64,000 nucleotides of DNA from an uncultured Bacteroidales bacterium (GTDB lineage: Bacteria; Bacteroidota; Bacteroidia; Bacteroidales; Muribaculaceae), in assembly GCA_947573135.1 (NCBI GenBank), contig CANPDU010000007.1, positions 24,855 through 88,854 on the forward strand, given 5' to 3'. The translations under genes were made by a program, and so were the position numbers. Shown here piece by piece: positions 1-11,285 of the stretch. The notes beneath the pieces are model-generated. The model did not search any database. It worked only from the letters and a program-made list of their open reading frames with translations, and had not been told where the DNA came from. Each line of letters opens with the position of its first letter. The stretch's first letter is position 1.

Positions 1-375
1 ACGGCGGCGGTAGCCATAGGGCGACGTGATATATCCCGGGTGGGGAATGGCATATTTGGAAACGTCGATGTTTGCGGTCTGAGGAACCGTCACTCCTGAA
101 TAGCAGTTGACCATCTGGCTGTCCCATCCTTCGGTGTAGATGTCAAATTCGGGTTCTTCTTCATCACTGAACAGCCCTTCGAGATATTTAGTCGCGTTGT
201 CAAGCTGGATGGCCGTATTGCCTTGGTTTGCAAGTAGGTCTCCGTGTTGCTGCAGATGCTGTCCAGGTAGCCGTATGGTCGTTGTTTCTTCGGCCGAAAG
301 ACTGAAGATGCCTGCAGCGACTATAAACGCTATTGCAATAGATGATTTTATCGAATTGTTTTGAGAGAGAAGCAT
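1..375 (-). CDS. M23 family metallopeptidase, N-terminal part (runs off window start)
   Basis: Not in the ORF track; translated by hand from ATG at 375: MLLSQNNSIKSSIAIAFIVAAGIFSLSAEE...IDVSKYAIPHPGYITSPYGYRRR. Signal-peptide-like start and the ITSPYGYR motif that precedes M23 domains. Confidence 0.8.
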   Translation of the reverse strand, partial: MLLSQNNSIKSSIAIAFIVAAGIFSLSAEETTTIRLPGQHLQQHGDLLANQGNTAIQLDNATKYLEGLFSDEEEPEFDIYTEGWDSQMVNCYSGVTVPQTANIDVSKYAIPHPGYITSPYGYRRR

Positions 376-397
376 TATTGGTTTGTATCTTGATTGA

Positions 398-862
398 TTA
401 GTCTATTTCGTCGGGAGAGTAGGTAGCCGATATTGTCAGAGGTGAGTAATCGAAGATTTCTTCAGGACGGAAGAAGCGGTTGATCTCAATAATGGCGTTG
501 TCGACAGAGTCAGAAGCATGAATGATATTTTCCTGGCCGCTCATGCCAAAATCCCCGCGGATAGTGCCGGAAGCGGCTTTTCGGCAGTTTGTGGCGCCGG
601 TCATGGAGCGAACAACCTCGACTGCATCCTTGCCGCGCAGACACATTACGATAACAGGCGTGGCCATCATTGATTTCAGTAGATCAGGGAAAAATGGACG
701 GTCAACAAGGTGCGAGTAGTGCTCACGGAGAATTTTTTCATCGAGTCGCATCATTTTGATGCCGGCGATGAAGAGACCTTTTTTCTGAAAACGATCAATG
801 ACTTGCCCTACAAGTCCGCGCTGGATTGTTGAGGGTTTGAGTATGATGAAAGTTTGCTCCAT
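398..862 (-). CDS. ndk: Nucleoside diphosphate kinase
   Basis: TFIILKP, GTIRGDFG and NIIHASDS (catalytic His) motifs. Confidence 0.97.
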   Translation of the reverse strand: MEQTFIILKPSTIQRGLVGQVIDRFQKKGLFIAGIKMMRLDEKILREHYSHLVDRPFFPDLLKSMMATPVIVMCLRGKDAVEVVRSMTGATNCRKAASGTIRGDFGMSGQENIIHASDSVDNAIIEINRFFRPEEIFDYSPLTISATYSPDEID

Positions 863-895
863 TGCTTATAATTTTGTGGATTTCATGCTTTTTCT

Positions 896-903
896 CAAAA
901 TTA
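896..903 (-). promoter_or_regulatory. Bacteroidetes -7 promoter element (TAATTTTG) for ndk
   Basis: CAAAATTA on + strand ~35 bp upstream of the ndk ATG; matches TAnnTTTG. Confidence 0.55.
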
Positions 904-1034
904 GCTAATTTTTTTGATATAACATTGATAATCAAAGTGAAAAAATTGCAAAAGAATGTTATTGTTAATTGTAACGCCCTGATTATTAGTAATATATAAA
1001 TGAAGCGTATAATTGGATTATCGGAACAAATTTT

Positions 1035-3125
1035 TCAGGAAATTTTGCTCCAGTCCCTGATCCCGTCGGACGATGCAGCGAGTTCGCGGGCGAACAACAG
1101 ATTTTCAGAATGATTTAGGTTTGGATCGCTGTCGATGAGTTTCTCGGCCGCTCTCCGAGCAAGCTGTATGATTTGGCCGTCGGTTGCCAAGTTTGCGATA
1201 TGAAGGTCGAACGGTATGCCGCTCTGCATTGTGCCTTCGATGTCGCCGGGACCACGCATCTGCATGTCAGCTTCCGCTATAAGAAATCCGTCGGAAGTAT
1301 GTGTCATCAGTTCGAGTCTCTGACGCGTGGTTTTAGCAATTTGGTGCTTACTCATGAGTATGCAATAGCTTTGGTCGGCACCTCGTCCTACACGTCCGCG
1401 CAACTGATGGAGTTGCGACAGCCCGAAGCGTTCGGCGTTCTCTATGATCATAACTGACGCGTTCGGGACATTGACCCCGACCTCGATTACTGTCGTTGCT
1501 ACTAATATATCGGCCTTATGCGAGGCAAAGAGGTTCATCTGGAAATCTTTCTCGGCCGGTTTCATGCGTCCGTGGACAAAAGCCACATTATATTCTTTGA
1601 ATGTATCGCGTACGATGTTGTATCCTTCTTCAAGACTGCGAAGGTCAAGTTTTTCGTTTTCTTCGATCAGAGGATATACGATATAGATCTGCCGTCCGAG
1701 TCTGAGCTGTCCGTAAACAGCGCGGTAGACCTGCGCGCGCTGTTCGTCATAGCGCAAGAGAGTTTCAATCGGTTTTCTGCCCGGGGGCAACTCATCGATT
1801 ACAGACACATCGAGATCTCCGTAGACAGTCATTGCGAGCGTTCGTGGAATCGGCGTGGCGGTCATGACCAGAATGTGTGGAGGAATCTGATTTTTGGCCC
1901 ATAATTTGGCGCGCTGGGCAACCCCGAAACGATGTTGCTCGTCAATTACAACAAAGCCTAACTGTTTGAACTGCACCGTGTCTTCAATGAGAGCGTGAGT
2001 TCCGATAAGTATCTTCAGCCGTCCGTCAGTCAGACTTTCGTGGATACGCGACCGCTCGCGTTTGCCTGTAGATCCTGTCAGAAGGGCGACTTCGACGCCA
2101 ATCGGAGCGAGCATTGACGAGATAGTTTCATAATGCTGCGTGGCCAGAATTTCTGTCGGCGCCATCAGACATGCCTGCAGTCCGTTGTCGACAGCGAGCA
2201 GCATAGACATCAGAGCTACAAGTGTCTTGCCGCTGCCTACATCGCCCTGTACGAGCCTGTTCATCTGATGGCCTGTGTTGACATCGGCGCGAATTTCCTT
2301 AATTACTCTTTTTTGAGCTCCTGTCAGATCGAAAGGCAGGCACTCGCGGTAAAAACGGTTGAATGTCTCACCGACTTTTGTAAGTTTGTGGCCGACCGAT
2401 ATTATCTTTCGTTTTTGCGACCGGCGCAGCATATCGACCTGAATGTAGATCAGTTCGTCGAATTTTAGTCTCAGGCGTGCCTGCCGCAGGTTTTCGGCGT
2501 CTGAAGGGTTATGGATTTCAGCCAATGCCTTTCCAAGCGGCATCAGCCGGTTATCGGCTATTACAGACTGCGGTAGAGGATCGACGATAGTGCGGCGTGA
2601 GCCGAGCAATGTTGATATCCATGACGCTATCTGTCTGGAAGTGATGTTGGCTGAGCGCAAACGTTCGGTCAGCGGATAGACGCCTCTGACGGGCTGCATG
2701 GCTGCAGCCGAGTTAGGCAGGTCGATTTCCGGATGGCTCATCTGTTTCGAGCCCATATAACTCGACGGCTTGCCGAAAACTACATATTCGGTGCCGGTCG
2801 TCAGGCTTTCTCGGATGGCTTTTATGCGTCTGAACCATACCACTTCAAGAGTTGCAGTTCCGTCGGAAAACAATCCGACGAGTCTCATTTTCGCTCCTTC
2901 GCCTATGGTGTTGAACGTGACAAAGCGTCCGCGTATCTGGACGTAAGGCATGTCGTCGTTCAGCTCCTTGATAGTATAGACTTTTGATCGATCGAGATAA
3001 TGTGTGGGATAATGGCGCACCAGATCATAACCGGTGGCTATGCCGAGCTCTTTTTTCAGGAGTTCGGCCCGACGCGGTCCGACTCCTTTAAGATACTTTA
3101 TGTCATAGGTGCGCAGCGAGTTCAT
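1035..3125 (-). CDS. recG: ATP-dependent DNA helicase RecG
   Basis: LKGVGP start, QGDVGSGKT Walker A, DEQHRFGV, MTATPIPRTL, QLRGRVGRG. Confidence 0.97.
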   Translation of the reverse strand: MNSLRTYDIKYLKGVGPRRAELLKKELGIATGYDLVRHYPTHYLDRSKVYTIKELNDDMPYVQIRGRFVTFNTIGEGAKMRLVGLFSDGTATLEVVWFRRIKAIRESLTTGTEYVVFGKPSSYMGSKQMSHPEIDLPNSAAAMQPVRGVYPLTERLRSANITSRQIASWISTLLGSRRTIVDPLPQSVIADNRLMPLGKALAEIHNPSDAENLRQARLRLKFDELIYIQVDMLRRSQKRKIISVGHKLTKVGETFNRFYRECLPFDLTGAQKRVIKEIRADVNTGHQMNRLVQGDVGSGKTLVALMSMLLAVDNGLQACLMAPTEILATQHYETISSMLAPIGVEVALLTGSTGKRERSRIHESLTDGRLKILIGTHALIEDTVQFKQLGFVVIDEQHRFGVAQRAKLWAKNQIPPHILVMTATPIPRTLAMTVYGDLDVSVIDELPPGRKPIETLLRYDEQRAQVYRAVYGQLRLGRQIYIVYPLIEENEKLDLRSLEEGYNIVRDTFKEYNVAFVHGRMKPAEKDFQMNLFASHKADILVATTVIEVGVNVPNASVMIIENAERFGLSQLHQLRGRVGRGADQSYCILMSKHQIAKTTRQRLELMTHTSDGFLIAEADMQMRGPGDIEGTMQSGIPFDLHIANLATDGQIIQLARRAAEKLIDSDPNLNHSENLLFARELAASSDGIRDWSKIS

Positions 3126-3820
3126 GACAGGCTGTTGAGTTTCATCAGCGTTTCTGCTATCGCAATGTCACCCGGATTGGTGATTTTGATGTTTGAACTC
3201 GAACCTTTAGTGAGCACCAGATTGCAGTAACCGGCGGCTTCCATTACGGAGGCATCGTCCGTGAAGCTGTCGGTATAGGGTAGATCATAGGCCGAATGCA
3301 GCCGATCGCCTCTGAATGCCTGGGGGGTCTGCACGGCGCGCATAGTGCTTCTGTCGATGCTTTTGCTGTGTCCGTCATCGCTTATTGAGCGAAGTGAATC
3401 TGTAACCGCTATAGCCGGTATTGCACCGTCAACGCCGGTGTCGGATGATATTGCTTTTACGAGCCTGTCTATTATTTCTTTGCTGACGAGCGGCCTGACG
3501 GCATCGTGAACCATTATTATGTCGGCAATACCGACAGACGATTTTAATGCGTTGCAGACAGATTCCCAGCGTGTGGCTCCACCAAAGACAATATCGGGAG
3601 ACGTGAAGTTATGGCGGTCGCAAAGATCCTGCCATAACTGTGTCATTTCACGGCTTATGACGAGAGTAAGTTTCGCGTCAGGTGCAGCTGCGCGCAGGGC
3701 GTCGATCGTGTGCATCAGCACAGGTCTTCCGCCGAGATCGCAATATTGCTTGGGCAGCGGAGCTCCGTAACGGAGACCGCTGCCCGCAGCAACTATTATG
3801 ATTTCAAGTGATGTCATCAA
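3122..3820 (-). CDS. ispD: 2-C-methyl-D-erythritol 4-phosphate cytidylyltransferase
   Basis: AAGSGLRYG...[33 protein letters not shown]; overlaps both neighbours by 4 nt. Confidence 0.93.
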   Translation of the reverse strand: MMTSLEIIIVAAGSGLRYGAPLPKQYCDLGGRPVLMHTIDALRAAAPDAKLTLVISREMTQLWQDLCDRHNFTSPDIVFGGATRWESVCNALKSSVGIADIIMVHDAVRPLVSKEIIDRLVKAISSDTGVDGAIPAIAVTDSLRSISDDGHSKSIDRSTMRAVQTPQAFRGDRLHSAYDLPYTDSFTDDASVMEAAGYCNLVLTKGSSSNIKITNPGDIAIAETLMKLNSLS

Positions 3821-5097
3821 TCGGCGAACATCGGATATTCAGTCATCATGGAGTTGACTTTTTCGCGAACCGATTTGATTACGGCAGGGCTGTCAGCGTT
3901 TGACAGAACGGTATCGATCATCTCTACGATATCGCCCATGCTTTCGGTCTTCACGCCACGTGTTGTGATGGCCGGAGTGCCGAGACGTATGCCTGACGTC
4001 TGGAACGGCGAACGAGAATCGAAGGGAACCATATTTTTGTTGGCCGTGATATCGGCTTCGACGAGAACTTTTTCGGCAACCTTGCCTGTAAGATCGGGGA
4101 ATTTAGTACGGAGATCGACGAGTATGCAGTGGTTTTCAGTTCCGCCGCTGACGATTTTATATCCTTTTGCGATGAGAGCTTCGGCCATAGCTGCAGCATT
4201 GGCTTTGACGCGAGTCTGATAGTTCTTGAATTCGGGAGTGAGCGCTTCACCGAAAGCTACTGCTTTGGCTGCGATTACGTGTTCAAGCGGTCCGCCCTGA
4301 ACGCCGGGGAAAACCGCCGAGTCGATAAGCTGCGACATTTTGCGCACTTCGCCTTTGGGATTTGTCTTTCCCCAGGGATTGTCGAAATCCTTGCCGAGCA
4401 GGATAATGCCGCCGCGCGGGCCGCGGAGGGTCTTGTGTGTGGTCGAAGTGACGATATGTGCATACTTCAGCGGGTTGTCAAGCAGCCCTGCGGCGATCAG
4501 ACCGGCAGGGTGCGCCATGTCTATCATGAGTATGGCTCCGATCTCATCGGCAATCTTGCGCATACGGGCATAGTCCCATTCGCGTGAATAAGCGCTTGCG
4601 CCGCCTATGATCAGTTTAGGACGTTCGCGGAGTGCGACTTCCTCCATCTGGTCATAATCGACCAGTCCGTTGTCTTCGCGCACGTTATATTCGAGGGCGT
4701 TGAAAACGAGACCTGAGAAATTGACAGGGCTGCCGTGGCTGAGGTGGCCTCCGTGCGAGAGGTTGAGACCGAGAAATTTGTCGCCCGGTTTCATGACAGT
4801 CATGAACACAGCCATATTGGCTTGTGCACCGGAGTGAGGCTGCACATTGGCATACTCTGCACCGAAAAGTTTTTTGACGCGGTCGATTGCAAGCTGTTCG
4901 GCCTCATCGACTACCTGACAGCCGCCATAATAACGATGGCCGGGATAGCCTTCGGCATATTTGTTTGTGAGGCACGAACCCATGGCTTCCATCACCTGGT
5001 CGCTGACGAAATTCTCCGACGCGATCAGCTCGATGCCTTTTTTCTGGCGTTTGTGTTCACGTTCGATGATGTCGAAAATTTGATTGTCTCTTTCCAT
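3817..5097 (-). CDS. glyA: Serine hydroxymethyltransferase
   Basis: [37 protein letters not shown] (PLP Lys). Confidence 0.98.
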   Translation of the reverse strand: MERDNQIFDIIEREHKRQKKGIELIASENFVSDQVMEAMGSCLTNKYAEGYPGHRYYGGCQVVDEAEQLAIDRVKKLFGAEYANVQPHSGAQANMAVFMTVMKPGDKFLGLNLSHGGHLSHGSPVNFSGLVFNALEYNVREDNGLVDYDQMEEVALRERPKLIIGGASAYSREWDYARMRKIADEIGAILMIDMAHPAGLIAAGLLDNPLKYAHIVTSTTHKTLRGPRGGIILLGKDFDNPWGKTNPKGEVRKMSQLIDSAVFPGVQGGPLEHVIAAKAVAFGEALTPEFKNYQTRVKANAAAMAEALIAKGYKIVSGGTENHCILVDLRTKFPDLTGKVAEKVLVEADITANKNMVPFDSRSPFQTSGIRLGTPAITTRGVKTESMGDIVEMIDTVLSNADSPAVIKSVREKVNSMMTEYPMFAD

Positions 5098-5137
5098 TGC
5101 GCTTGATTTTATTTTTTTGAAAATGTATCTTATTCTG

Positions 5138-5704
5138 CTATTTCTTTTTTCTGACTGAGAAACCGAATCCGCCGATCTTTTCGCCGAGAGGATAGTAACC
5201 GCCGTGAGAGTAGGCCATCAGACCTGAAGCTGCCAGATCAAAAGCTCCGGTAGAGGGGTCGATATAGTGTTCATCGGCAAGCACATTGAGCACGTCGGCT
5301 ATAAACATGTCGTGGCTCCCGAGCGACATTATCTGCTTGACGCGGCATTCAATTGACAGCGGAGATTCGGCGACTGACGGACACGACACCTTGACGCCTT
5401 TTTCGCGTGTCAGGCCGGTCTCTTCCCATTTGTCGCAGTCGCGTCCAGATTTCACACCGCACCAGTCAGTGGCGCGGGCCATTGCGGCTGTCGTCAGATT
5501 GACAGTGAATTCCATATGGCGGCGGATTATGCCGTAGGAGTATCGTTCCGGTCTTACTGAGATGTAAAGCATGGGTGGATTGGTGCAGACGGTACCCGTC
5601 CAAGCCACGGTGAACAGATTTGATTCACCGTCATATTCGCCGCAGCTCACAAGAGCCGCAGGAAGCGGATAGACCATCGTGCCGGGTTTCCAGCTTTGCT
5701 TCAT
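5138..5704 (-). CDS. Flavin reductase family protein (DIM6/NTAB-like)
   Basis: [45 protein letters not shown]. Confidence 0.88.
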   Translation of the reverse strand: MKQSWKPGTMVYPLPAALVSCGEYDGESNLFTVAWTGTVCTNPPMLYISVRPERYSYGIIRRHMEFTVNLTTAAMARATDWCGVKSGRDCDKWEETGLTREKGVKVSCPSVAESPLSIECRVKQIMSLGSHDMFIADVLNVLADEHYIDPSTGAFDLAASGLMAYSHGGYYPLGEKIGGFGFSVRKKK

Positions 5705-6162
5705 AATATCTGTGCGTCCTTACCGGCTACAGTGTGGTTGCAGTAGTGACAACGTATCATCACCGGATCATGGCCGATCACTTCAAATTTGGTGGCCATA
5801 GGTTCGTTGTTTGAGATGCATTTGGGGTTGCTGCATTTCACTATGCCTGAAAGTGTGTCAGGAAGCTTCACCGTTTTTTTCTCCACTACTTCGAAGTCAC
5901 GGATTGTGTTGACAACGGCGGTAGGAGCGATCAGTGCGATGCGGTTGAGCACGGCTTCGGGGAATTCGGTATCGGCGATTTTAATGATGCCTTTGGTGCC
6001 GAGTTTTCCGCTATGAAGATTATTGCCGATGGTTACATGGCATTTCGAGTTCTCGAGCCCGAGAAGTCTTACGGCCTGAAACAGCACTGACGATGGTATG
6101 CGGTCAATGACGGTGCCGTTGCGCAGGGCTGCTACGGCGAGTTCTTTTTTGTTTGTACTCAT
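5701..6162 (-). CDS. pyrI: Aspartate carbamoyltransferase regulatory subunit
   Basis: NGTVIDRI, KGIIK and Zn ligands CSNPKC...CHYC; adjacent to pyrB. Confidence 0.96.
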   Translation of the reverse strand: MSTNKKELAVAALRNGTVIDRIPSSVLFQAVRLLGLENSKCHVTIGNNLHSGKLGTKGIIKIADTEFPEAVLNRIALIAPTAVVNTIRDFEVVEKKTVKLPDTLSGIVKCSNPKCISNNEPMATKFEVIGHDPVMIRCHYCNHTVAGKDAQIL

Positions 6163-6172
6163 CTTTCTTGAA

Positions 6173-7093
6173 TTATTTGCGCGGATCGATGCCCAGTGCG
6201 CGGGTTATGATAGCCTGACGGGCAAAAAGTCCGTTGCGTGCCTGTTCGAAATAATATGCCTTGGGATTGTCGTCGACGTCACGGTCGATTTCATTGACTC
6301 GTGGCAGTGGATGGAGTATTTTAAGCGTCGGCTTCGAGTTGTCGAGCATCGAATTGTGGAGAGTGTACAGGTTTTTCACGCGCTCGTATTCCATAATGTC
6401 GGTGAAGCGTTCGCGCTGCACGCGTGTCATGTATATGATATCACTCGCGTTGATCACATCTTCTGAAAAATCTGTCGATTCGGTGAACTTTATGCCTTTT
6501 TCGCGACAGAATTCCTTATATTCTTCGGGCATCTGAAGTTCTTTCGAAGCTATAAAATTGAACGTCGGGTTGAAATACTGCATCGCCATCAGCAACGAAT
6601 GAACCGTGCGCCCATATTTAAGATCGCCCACCATTGTTATGGTCAGATCGTTGAGACGTCCCTGTGTCTTATAGATCGAATAGAGGTCGAGCATTGTCTG
6701 CGAAGGATGCTGGTTAGCTCCGTCTCCGGCGTTGATTACAGGAATATCGGTCACTTCGGTCGCATACCTGGCCGCGCCTTCGAGATGATGGCGCATCACT
6801 ATCAGATCGACATAGTTGGCGACCATTTTTATCGTGTCCTTCAGTGTCTCGCCTTTCGACGTACTTGTTGAATTGGCATCTGAAAAACCGATAATTCGTC
6901 CTCCAAGACGGTTGACTGCGGTTTCGAAACTGAGACGGGTACGGGTCGACGGCTCGAAAAAGAGAGTGGCGACAACTCGCCCGTCAAGAATTTTGCTGTT
7001 GGGATTTTCTTCAAAATATCGCGCACGATCCAGCAGGTCGAGGATCTCATCGCGCGAGATATCTGAAATGGAGACCAGACTATTTGAACTCAT
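6173..7093 (-). CDS. pyrB: Aspartate carbamoyltransferase catalytic subunit
   Basis: [40 protein letters not shown]. Confidence 0.98.
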   Translation of the reverse strand: MSSNSLVSISDISRDEILDLLDRARYFEENPNSKILDGRVVATLFFEPSTRTRLSFETAVNRLGGRIIGFSDANSTSTSKGETLKDTIKMVANYVDLIVMRHHLEGAARYATEVTDIPVINAGDGANQHPSQTMLDLYSIYKTQGRLNDLTITMVGDLKYGRTVHSLLMAMQYFNPTFNFIASKELQMPEEYKEFCREKGIKFTESTDFSEDVINASDIIYMTRVQRERFTDIMEYERVKNLYTLHNSMLDNSKPTLKILHPLPRVNEIDRDVDDNPKAYYFEQARNGLFARQAIITRALGIDPRK

Positions 7094-7119
7094 AGTGTGC
7101 CTGTGTTTGATTCTTTTCG

Positions 7120-7127
7120 CAAAGTTA
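7120..7127 (-). promoter_or_regulatory. -7 promoter element (TAACTTTG) for the pyrB-pyrI-flavin reductase-glyA-ispD-recG operon
   Basis: CAAAGTTA on + strand, 27 bp upstream of the pyrB ATG. Confidence 0.6.
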
Positions 7128-7181
7128 ACACTTTTATGCCGATTTACTCCGATGTAGGCACACTAAATTTAGCAACAAATT

Positions 7182-7221
7182 AAAAAGACCGGCCGTCTCC
7201 GTAATCCGGAAGGGGCCGGTC
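7182..7221 (-). terminator. Intrinsic terminator after the argC-like gene
   Basis: GACCGGCC...GGCCGGTC stem with an A-run on the + side (U-tract on -). Confidence 0.7.
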
Positions 7222-7247
7222 AAGATGTTTCGCCTGATATTTTGGTA

Positions 7248-8222
7248 TCAGTAAGCCGATCCCTTTAACATCAGACCTACGCGCTCGTGAAGTCCGAACA
7301 GGAGATTCATGCAGTGGACGGCATTGCCGGAAGCGCCTTTGAGAAGATTGTCGATAGCTGCGGTTATGAGCAGCCGGTCATCGATTTTTTCAAGTCTGAT
7401 CAGACACTTGTTGGTGTTTGTGACGTCTTTTATGTCGACAGGATGATTGACGATAAATGTGAAATTATGGTCGTCGTAGTACTCTTCGTAGAGCTTAGTC
7501 AGTTGCTCTATGGCGACAGGCGTTGTCATATAGGCTGCCACAAGTGTGCCGCGGGGGAAACTGCCGCCGAACGACAGAAGATTGATCGGTGCGCTGAAAC
7601 TCGCCTGCAGACTGCGCAGTGTATTGGTGATTTCGTCAAGCTGAGGGTGAACAAATGCACGCGACAGCGATACGTTATCGTGGCGGTATTCGAAGTCTAT
7701 CACGCTTTCAGGCGCTGTCTCGGTGTCGGTGGTACCGGTGATTGCGGTGATGTGTATCGGACTGTTGAGAAGCAGGTTTTTTGCGAGAGGAAGTAGTGCG
7801 AGCTCGACGGCCATGGCTACACTGCCCGGCGTGGCGACGTGAAGGGCGCCGCGTACCATCGGCTTGCGGTTCAGCTCCGAAAGACCGTAGACAAAATCGC
7901 TTTCATCGCCGCACGATGTGCGGAAATCGCTCGACAGATCGATGAAACGCAGTTTTTCAGGGAGAGTGATGTCAGAGAGCAGTTCGGCAGATTTGCCTTT
8001 AGGCAGGCAGCAGAACGCAACGTCTATCGAGTCGAGATCAATGTCACTCGTGAAGCTCAACGATGTCTCGCCTGTCAGTCCGTGATGGATTTCGCCCACA
8101 TTGCGGCCGGCGGCCGACGGATTGTGGACCCATATTATTTCAACATCGGGATGATTGATGAGAAGGCGGAGAAGTTCGCCGGCTCTGTGGCCTGATCCGC
8201 CGATGATACCTGTCTTGATCAT
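7248..8222 (-). CDS. argC: ArgC-like (N-acetyl-gamma-glutamyl-phosphate reductase fold), catalytic motifs degenerate
   Basis: IDLSSDFR, YGLSELNR and IDNLLKGASGNAV are conserved, but ANPGC is ATPGS and HQH is HPQ. Confidence 0.75.
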   Translation of the reverse strand: MIKTGIIGGSGHRAGELLRLLINHPDVEIIWVHNPSAAGRNVGEIHHGLTGETSLSFTSDIDLDSIDVAFCCLPKGKSAELLSDITLPEKLRFIDLSSDFRTSCGDESDFVYGLSELNRKPMVRGALHVATPGSVAMAVELALLPLAKNLLLNSPIHITAITGTTDTETAPESVIDFEYRHDNVSLSRAFVHPQLDEITNTLRSLQASFSAPINLLSFGGSFPRGTLVAAYMTTPVAIEQLTKLYEEYYDDHNFTFIVNHPVDIKDVTNTNKCLIRLEKIDDRLLITAAIDNLLKGASGNAVHCMNLLFGLHERVGLMLKGSAY

Positions 8223-8245
8223 GGTAGGGGAGGGATTAATTGTTA

Positions 8246-9520
8246 TTATTTGCCGGCAGCCGCTGGCTGACCGAAGATGTCGTTGAAGATAATGTCGCTT
8301 GCTCCGATGCTGTCTTTTATATATTTTCCGGCTTTGTCGCCTGCGGTGCTGAGCGCGTTGCTGTCATTTAGGAGCGTGTTCATGATTGCATTGAATTCCG
8401 CGGGGTTTGCATATGTAAAACCGCCTCCGCGTTTCAGCAGTTCGTCGGCCTCTTTAAATTTTTTGTGATTTGGACCGAACACAACGGGCATACCGTAGAC
8501 GGCGGCTTCGTTAAGGTTGTGGATACCCGCGCCGAAGCCACCTCCGATCACGGCGACGTCACCATATCGATAGAGGCTGCTGAGGAGTCCGAAGCAGTCA
8601 ATAATCAGATAACGGATATTGTTGATTTCGGATTTGGGCATGCTGCCACGGATCTCTGATAGAAGACGGGTTTTTGCGTTGCCCAGACGGTGACGCAGCG
8701 ATTCGAGCCGTGCGTGATCGAACTCGTGTGGAGCGATGATCGCTTTTACGTCGGGATGTCCTTTTAGCCAGGGTATATAAATTTCTTCGTCCGGTTGCCA
8801 GCTGCTTCCTGCTATGAGTGTGAAACGCGATGATTCGACGAATTCTTTGATTTCAGGTGTCTGGCGGGATGATGCCAGTATGTCACTGACTCGGTCAAAA
8901 CGGGTGTCCCCTGCTACTGTGACGTTGTCGATACCTATCTTATCGAGCAGTTCTGCCGATGCGTTGTCCTGAACATAGAGATGGGTGTAGCACTTCAGCA
9001 TTTTGCGGAACATGCCGCCCCACGGACGGAAAAAACGCTGACGTGGTCGGAATATTGATGAAATCACGTATGTCGGTATCCCGGCAGCGTGAAGCTGTTC
9101 GAGATAATTGCCCCAGAATTCATATTTGGAGAAGATAGCCATCTTGGGCGCTGCGGCGTCAAGAAATCTACGCACCAGTTTCGGCTTGTCGAAAGGCAGG
9201 TATGCAACACAGTCGACTTTGTCATAGTTGCTGCGTATCTCATAACCTGACGGCGAGAAGAATGTAAGCAGTATTTTTTTGTCCGGGTGGTTTCCGCGCA
9301 AACGTTCTATGATTGGACGTGCCTGCTCGAACTCTCCGAGCGAAGCGGCATGAAACCATACATCGAATCCTTCCGGAGCCGCGGACATGCGTTTATGCTT
9401 CAGCGCGGCAAGCGTCTGCCGCTGGCCGTCAAGCATTTTTCTGACTTTTGGCGACCGGCACGATGCTATGTGCGCGCCGAACGCATATGCATGTATACCG
9501 AAATTATAAAGCGGGTTCAT
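8246..9520 (-). CDS. waaA: 3-deoxy-D-manno-octulosonic acid (Kdo) transferase
   Basis: [41 protein letters not shown]. Confidence 0.94.
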   Translation of the reverse strand: MNPLYNFGIHAYAFGAHIASCRSPKVRKMLDGQRQTLAALKHKRMSAAPEGFDVWFHAASLGEFEQARPIIERLRGNHPDKKILLTFFSPSGYEIRSNYDKVDCVAYLPFDKPKLVRRFLDAAAPKMAIFSKYEFWGNYLEQLHAAGIPTYVISSIFRPRQRFFRPWGGMFRKMLKCYTHLYVQDNASAELLDKIGIDNVTVAGDTRFDRVSDILASSRQTPEIKEFVESSRFTLIAGSSWQPDEEIYIPWLKGHPDVKAIIAPHEFDHARLESLRHRLGNAKTRLLSEIRGSMPKSEINNIRYLIIDCFGLLSSLYRYGDVAVIGGGFGAGIHNLNEAAVYGMPVVFGPNHKKFKEADELLKRGGGFTYANPAEFNAIMNTLLNDSNALSTAGDKAGKYIKDSIGASDIIFNDIFGQPAAAGK

Positions 9521-11045
9521 CAGGCTTTATGCGGTCGATGGCTTTATGTATGCGTCTGATGGTTTCGTCGCGACCAAGCAGTTCGGTGATGTCGAACATG
9601 TGGGGACCTTTGCATTCTCCTACTATTGCGAGACGGAACGCATTCATCACATTTCCCATATGATAGCCGTTGGCTGTGATCCAGTCGAGTATAGGCTGTT
9701 CGGCGGCTGCGGAGCTGAAGTCGGGCAGTGCGTTCAGTCTTTCGGTCAGTTCGGTCATGATTGCGGGCGTGTCTTCGCTCCAGCGTTTCTTCACAGCCTT
9801 CGGATCGTATGTCTCTGGTGCAGTGAAGAAGAATGCGGCCTGATCCCAAAGATCTTTTACAAAGCTGATGCGACCTTTTACCATCGATACTGCTTTAGTA
9901 ATATATTCATCAGAAAAATCTTCGGGGTTTACGCCATGGTCACGCAGAACCGGCTTGAACATCTCGGCGAGTTTCGCATCATCGAGTTCCTGCAGATAAT
10001 GGTGGTTGAACCATTTGCCTTTTTCGTAGGCGAATTTTGCGCCGGCGCGTGAGCAATGGTCAAATGAGAAACGGTTGATCAGTTCGTTCATCGACATGAT
10101 TTCAGTGTCGTCGCCGGGATTCCATCCGAGCAGGGCAAGGAAATTGACCACAGCTTCGGGCAGATAGCCGCTTTCGCGATAGCCGCTTGAAATATTGCCG
10201 CTTGTCGGATCGTGCCATTCGAGCGGGAAAACCGGGAAGCCAAGGCGGTCGCCGTCGCGCTTGCTCAGTTTGCCTTTGCCGTCGGGCTTCAGCAGCAGAG
10301 GCAGGTGGACGAAATGAGGCATCGTGTCGGTCCATCCGAAAGCTTCGTAGAGGAGTACGTGCAAAGGAGCGGACGGGAGCCATTCTTCGCCGCGGATCAC
10401 GTGGGAAATGCACATCAGATGGTCGTCGACGATATTTGCCAGATGATATGTCGGAAGGTCGTCGGCGCTTTTATATAGAACTTTGTCGTCGAGTATGTCG
10501 CTTTTGATCGTCACTTTGCCGCGGAGCAGGTCGTCGACAACAACGGCGCGGCCGGGTTCGATCTTGAAGCGGACGACATATTTCTCGCCGTTGTCGATCA
10601 GATGCTTGACCTCGTCTGCCGGCAGGGTCAGGGAGTTGCGCATCGAACCACGTGTCGATGCGTCATATTGGAAGTTAGGGGTTGCGGCGCGGGCAGCCTC
10701 AAGCTCTTCGGGTGTGTCGAACGCTATATATGCCCGATCTGAGTCGAGAAGCTGTTTTACATATTTACGGTATATGTCGCGGCGTTCACTCTGGCGGTAA
10801 GGGCCGTTATCGCCTCCGCAGCCAACGCCTTCATCTATTTCGATGCCGAGCCATTTCAGTGATTCTATAATGTAGGCTTCAGCACCCGGCACAAAGCGGT
10901 TTGAGTCGGTGTCTTCGATGCGGAGAAGCATTTTTCCGCCGTTATGGCGGGCAAAAAGATAATTATAGAGAGCCGTTCGCACACCACCGATGTGGAGCGG
11001 ACCTGTGGGAGATGGAGCAAATCTTACTCTTACTTCACGATCCAT
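9504..11045 (-). CDS. gltX: Glutamate--tRNA ligase
   Basis: [16 protein letters not shown] (HIGH), IRGEEWL, KLSKR. Confidence 0.98.
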   Translation of the reverse strand: MDREVRVRFAPSPTGPLHIGGVRTALYNYLFARHNGGKMLLRIEDTDSNRFVPGAEAYIIESLKWLGIEIDEGVGCGGDNGPYRQSERRDIYRKYVKQLLDSDRAYIAFDTPEELEAARAATPNFQYDASTRGSMRNSLTLPADEVKHLIDNGEKYVVRFKIEPGRAVVVDDLLRGKVTIKSDILDDKVLYKSADDLPTYHLANIVDDHLMCISHVIRGEEWLPSAPLHVLLYEAFGWTDTMPHFVHLPLLLKPDGKGKLSKRDGDRLGFPVFPLEWHDPTSGNISSGYRESGYLPEAVVNFLALLGWNPGDDTEIMSMNELINRFSFDHCSRAGAKFAYEKGKWFNHHYLQELDDAKLAEMFKPVLRDHGVNPEDFSDEYITKAVSMVKGRISFVKDLWDQAAFFFTAPETYDPKAVKKRWSEDTPAIMTELTERLNALPDFSSAAAEQPILDWITANGYHMGNVMNAFRLAIVGECKGPHMFDITELLGRDETIRRIHKAIDRIKPDEPAL

Positions 11046-11087
11046 ATTGTAATAGAGCTTTTTTCAGTCGTATAATATAATGTGTCG

Positions 11088-11095
11088 CAAAATTA
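11088..11095 (-). promoter_or_regulatory. -7 promoter element (TAATTTTG) for gltX-waaA-argC-like
   Basis: CAAAATTA on + strand ~45 bp upstream of gltX. Confidence 0.55.
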
Positions 11096-11227
11096 AGAAA
11101 AAATAACCAAATGGCCACTCCCTCGCTCTTAAATCTTTATTTGTCTTTGCTATTATTCGACTATTGAGCCTGAATTTTCATAAAATGAGGTAAATCCTAT
11201 GAAACAACAGACAAAAATTTTGTTACT

Positions 11228-11261
11228 AAAAAAAGCATCGGATCCGGTCCGGACCCGATGC
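11228..11261 (-). terminator. Intrinsic terminator of ECF cassette 1
   Basis: GCATCGG-A-TCCGG-T-CCGGA-C-CCGATGC hairpin preceded by A7 on + (U-tract on -). Confidence 0.7.
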
Positions 11262-11285
11262 AGTTAATTGGATTTATGTCAATGT

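Noticed and set aside
5138-5704. Flavin reductase inside the pyrBI-glyA operon as a novelty
   Set aside because: From memory this arrangement is common in Bacteroidales core genomes.
11199-11267. 22-aa ORF (MKQQTKILLLKK...) and small hairpin upstream of gltX
   Set aside because: Runs through the opposite-strand terminator and has only a non-canonical promoter; probably spurious.
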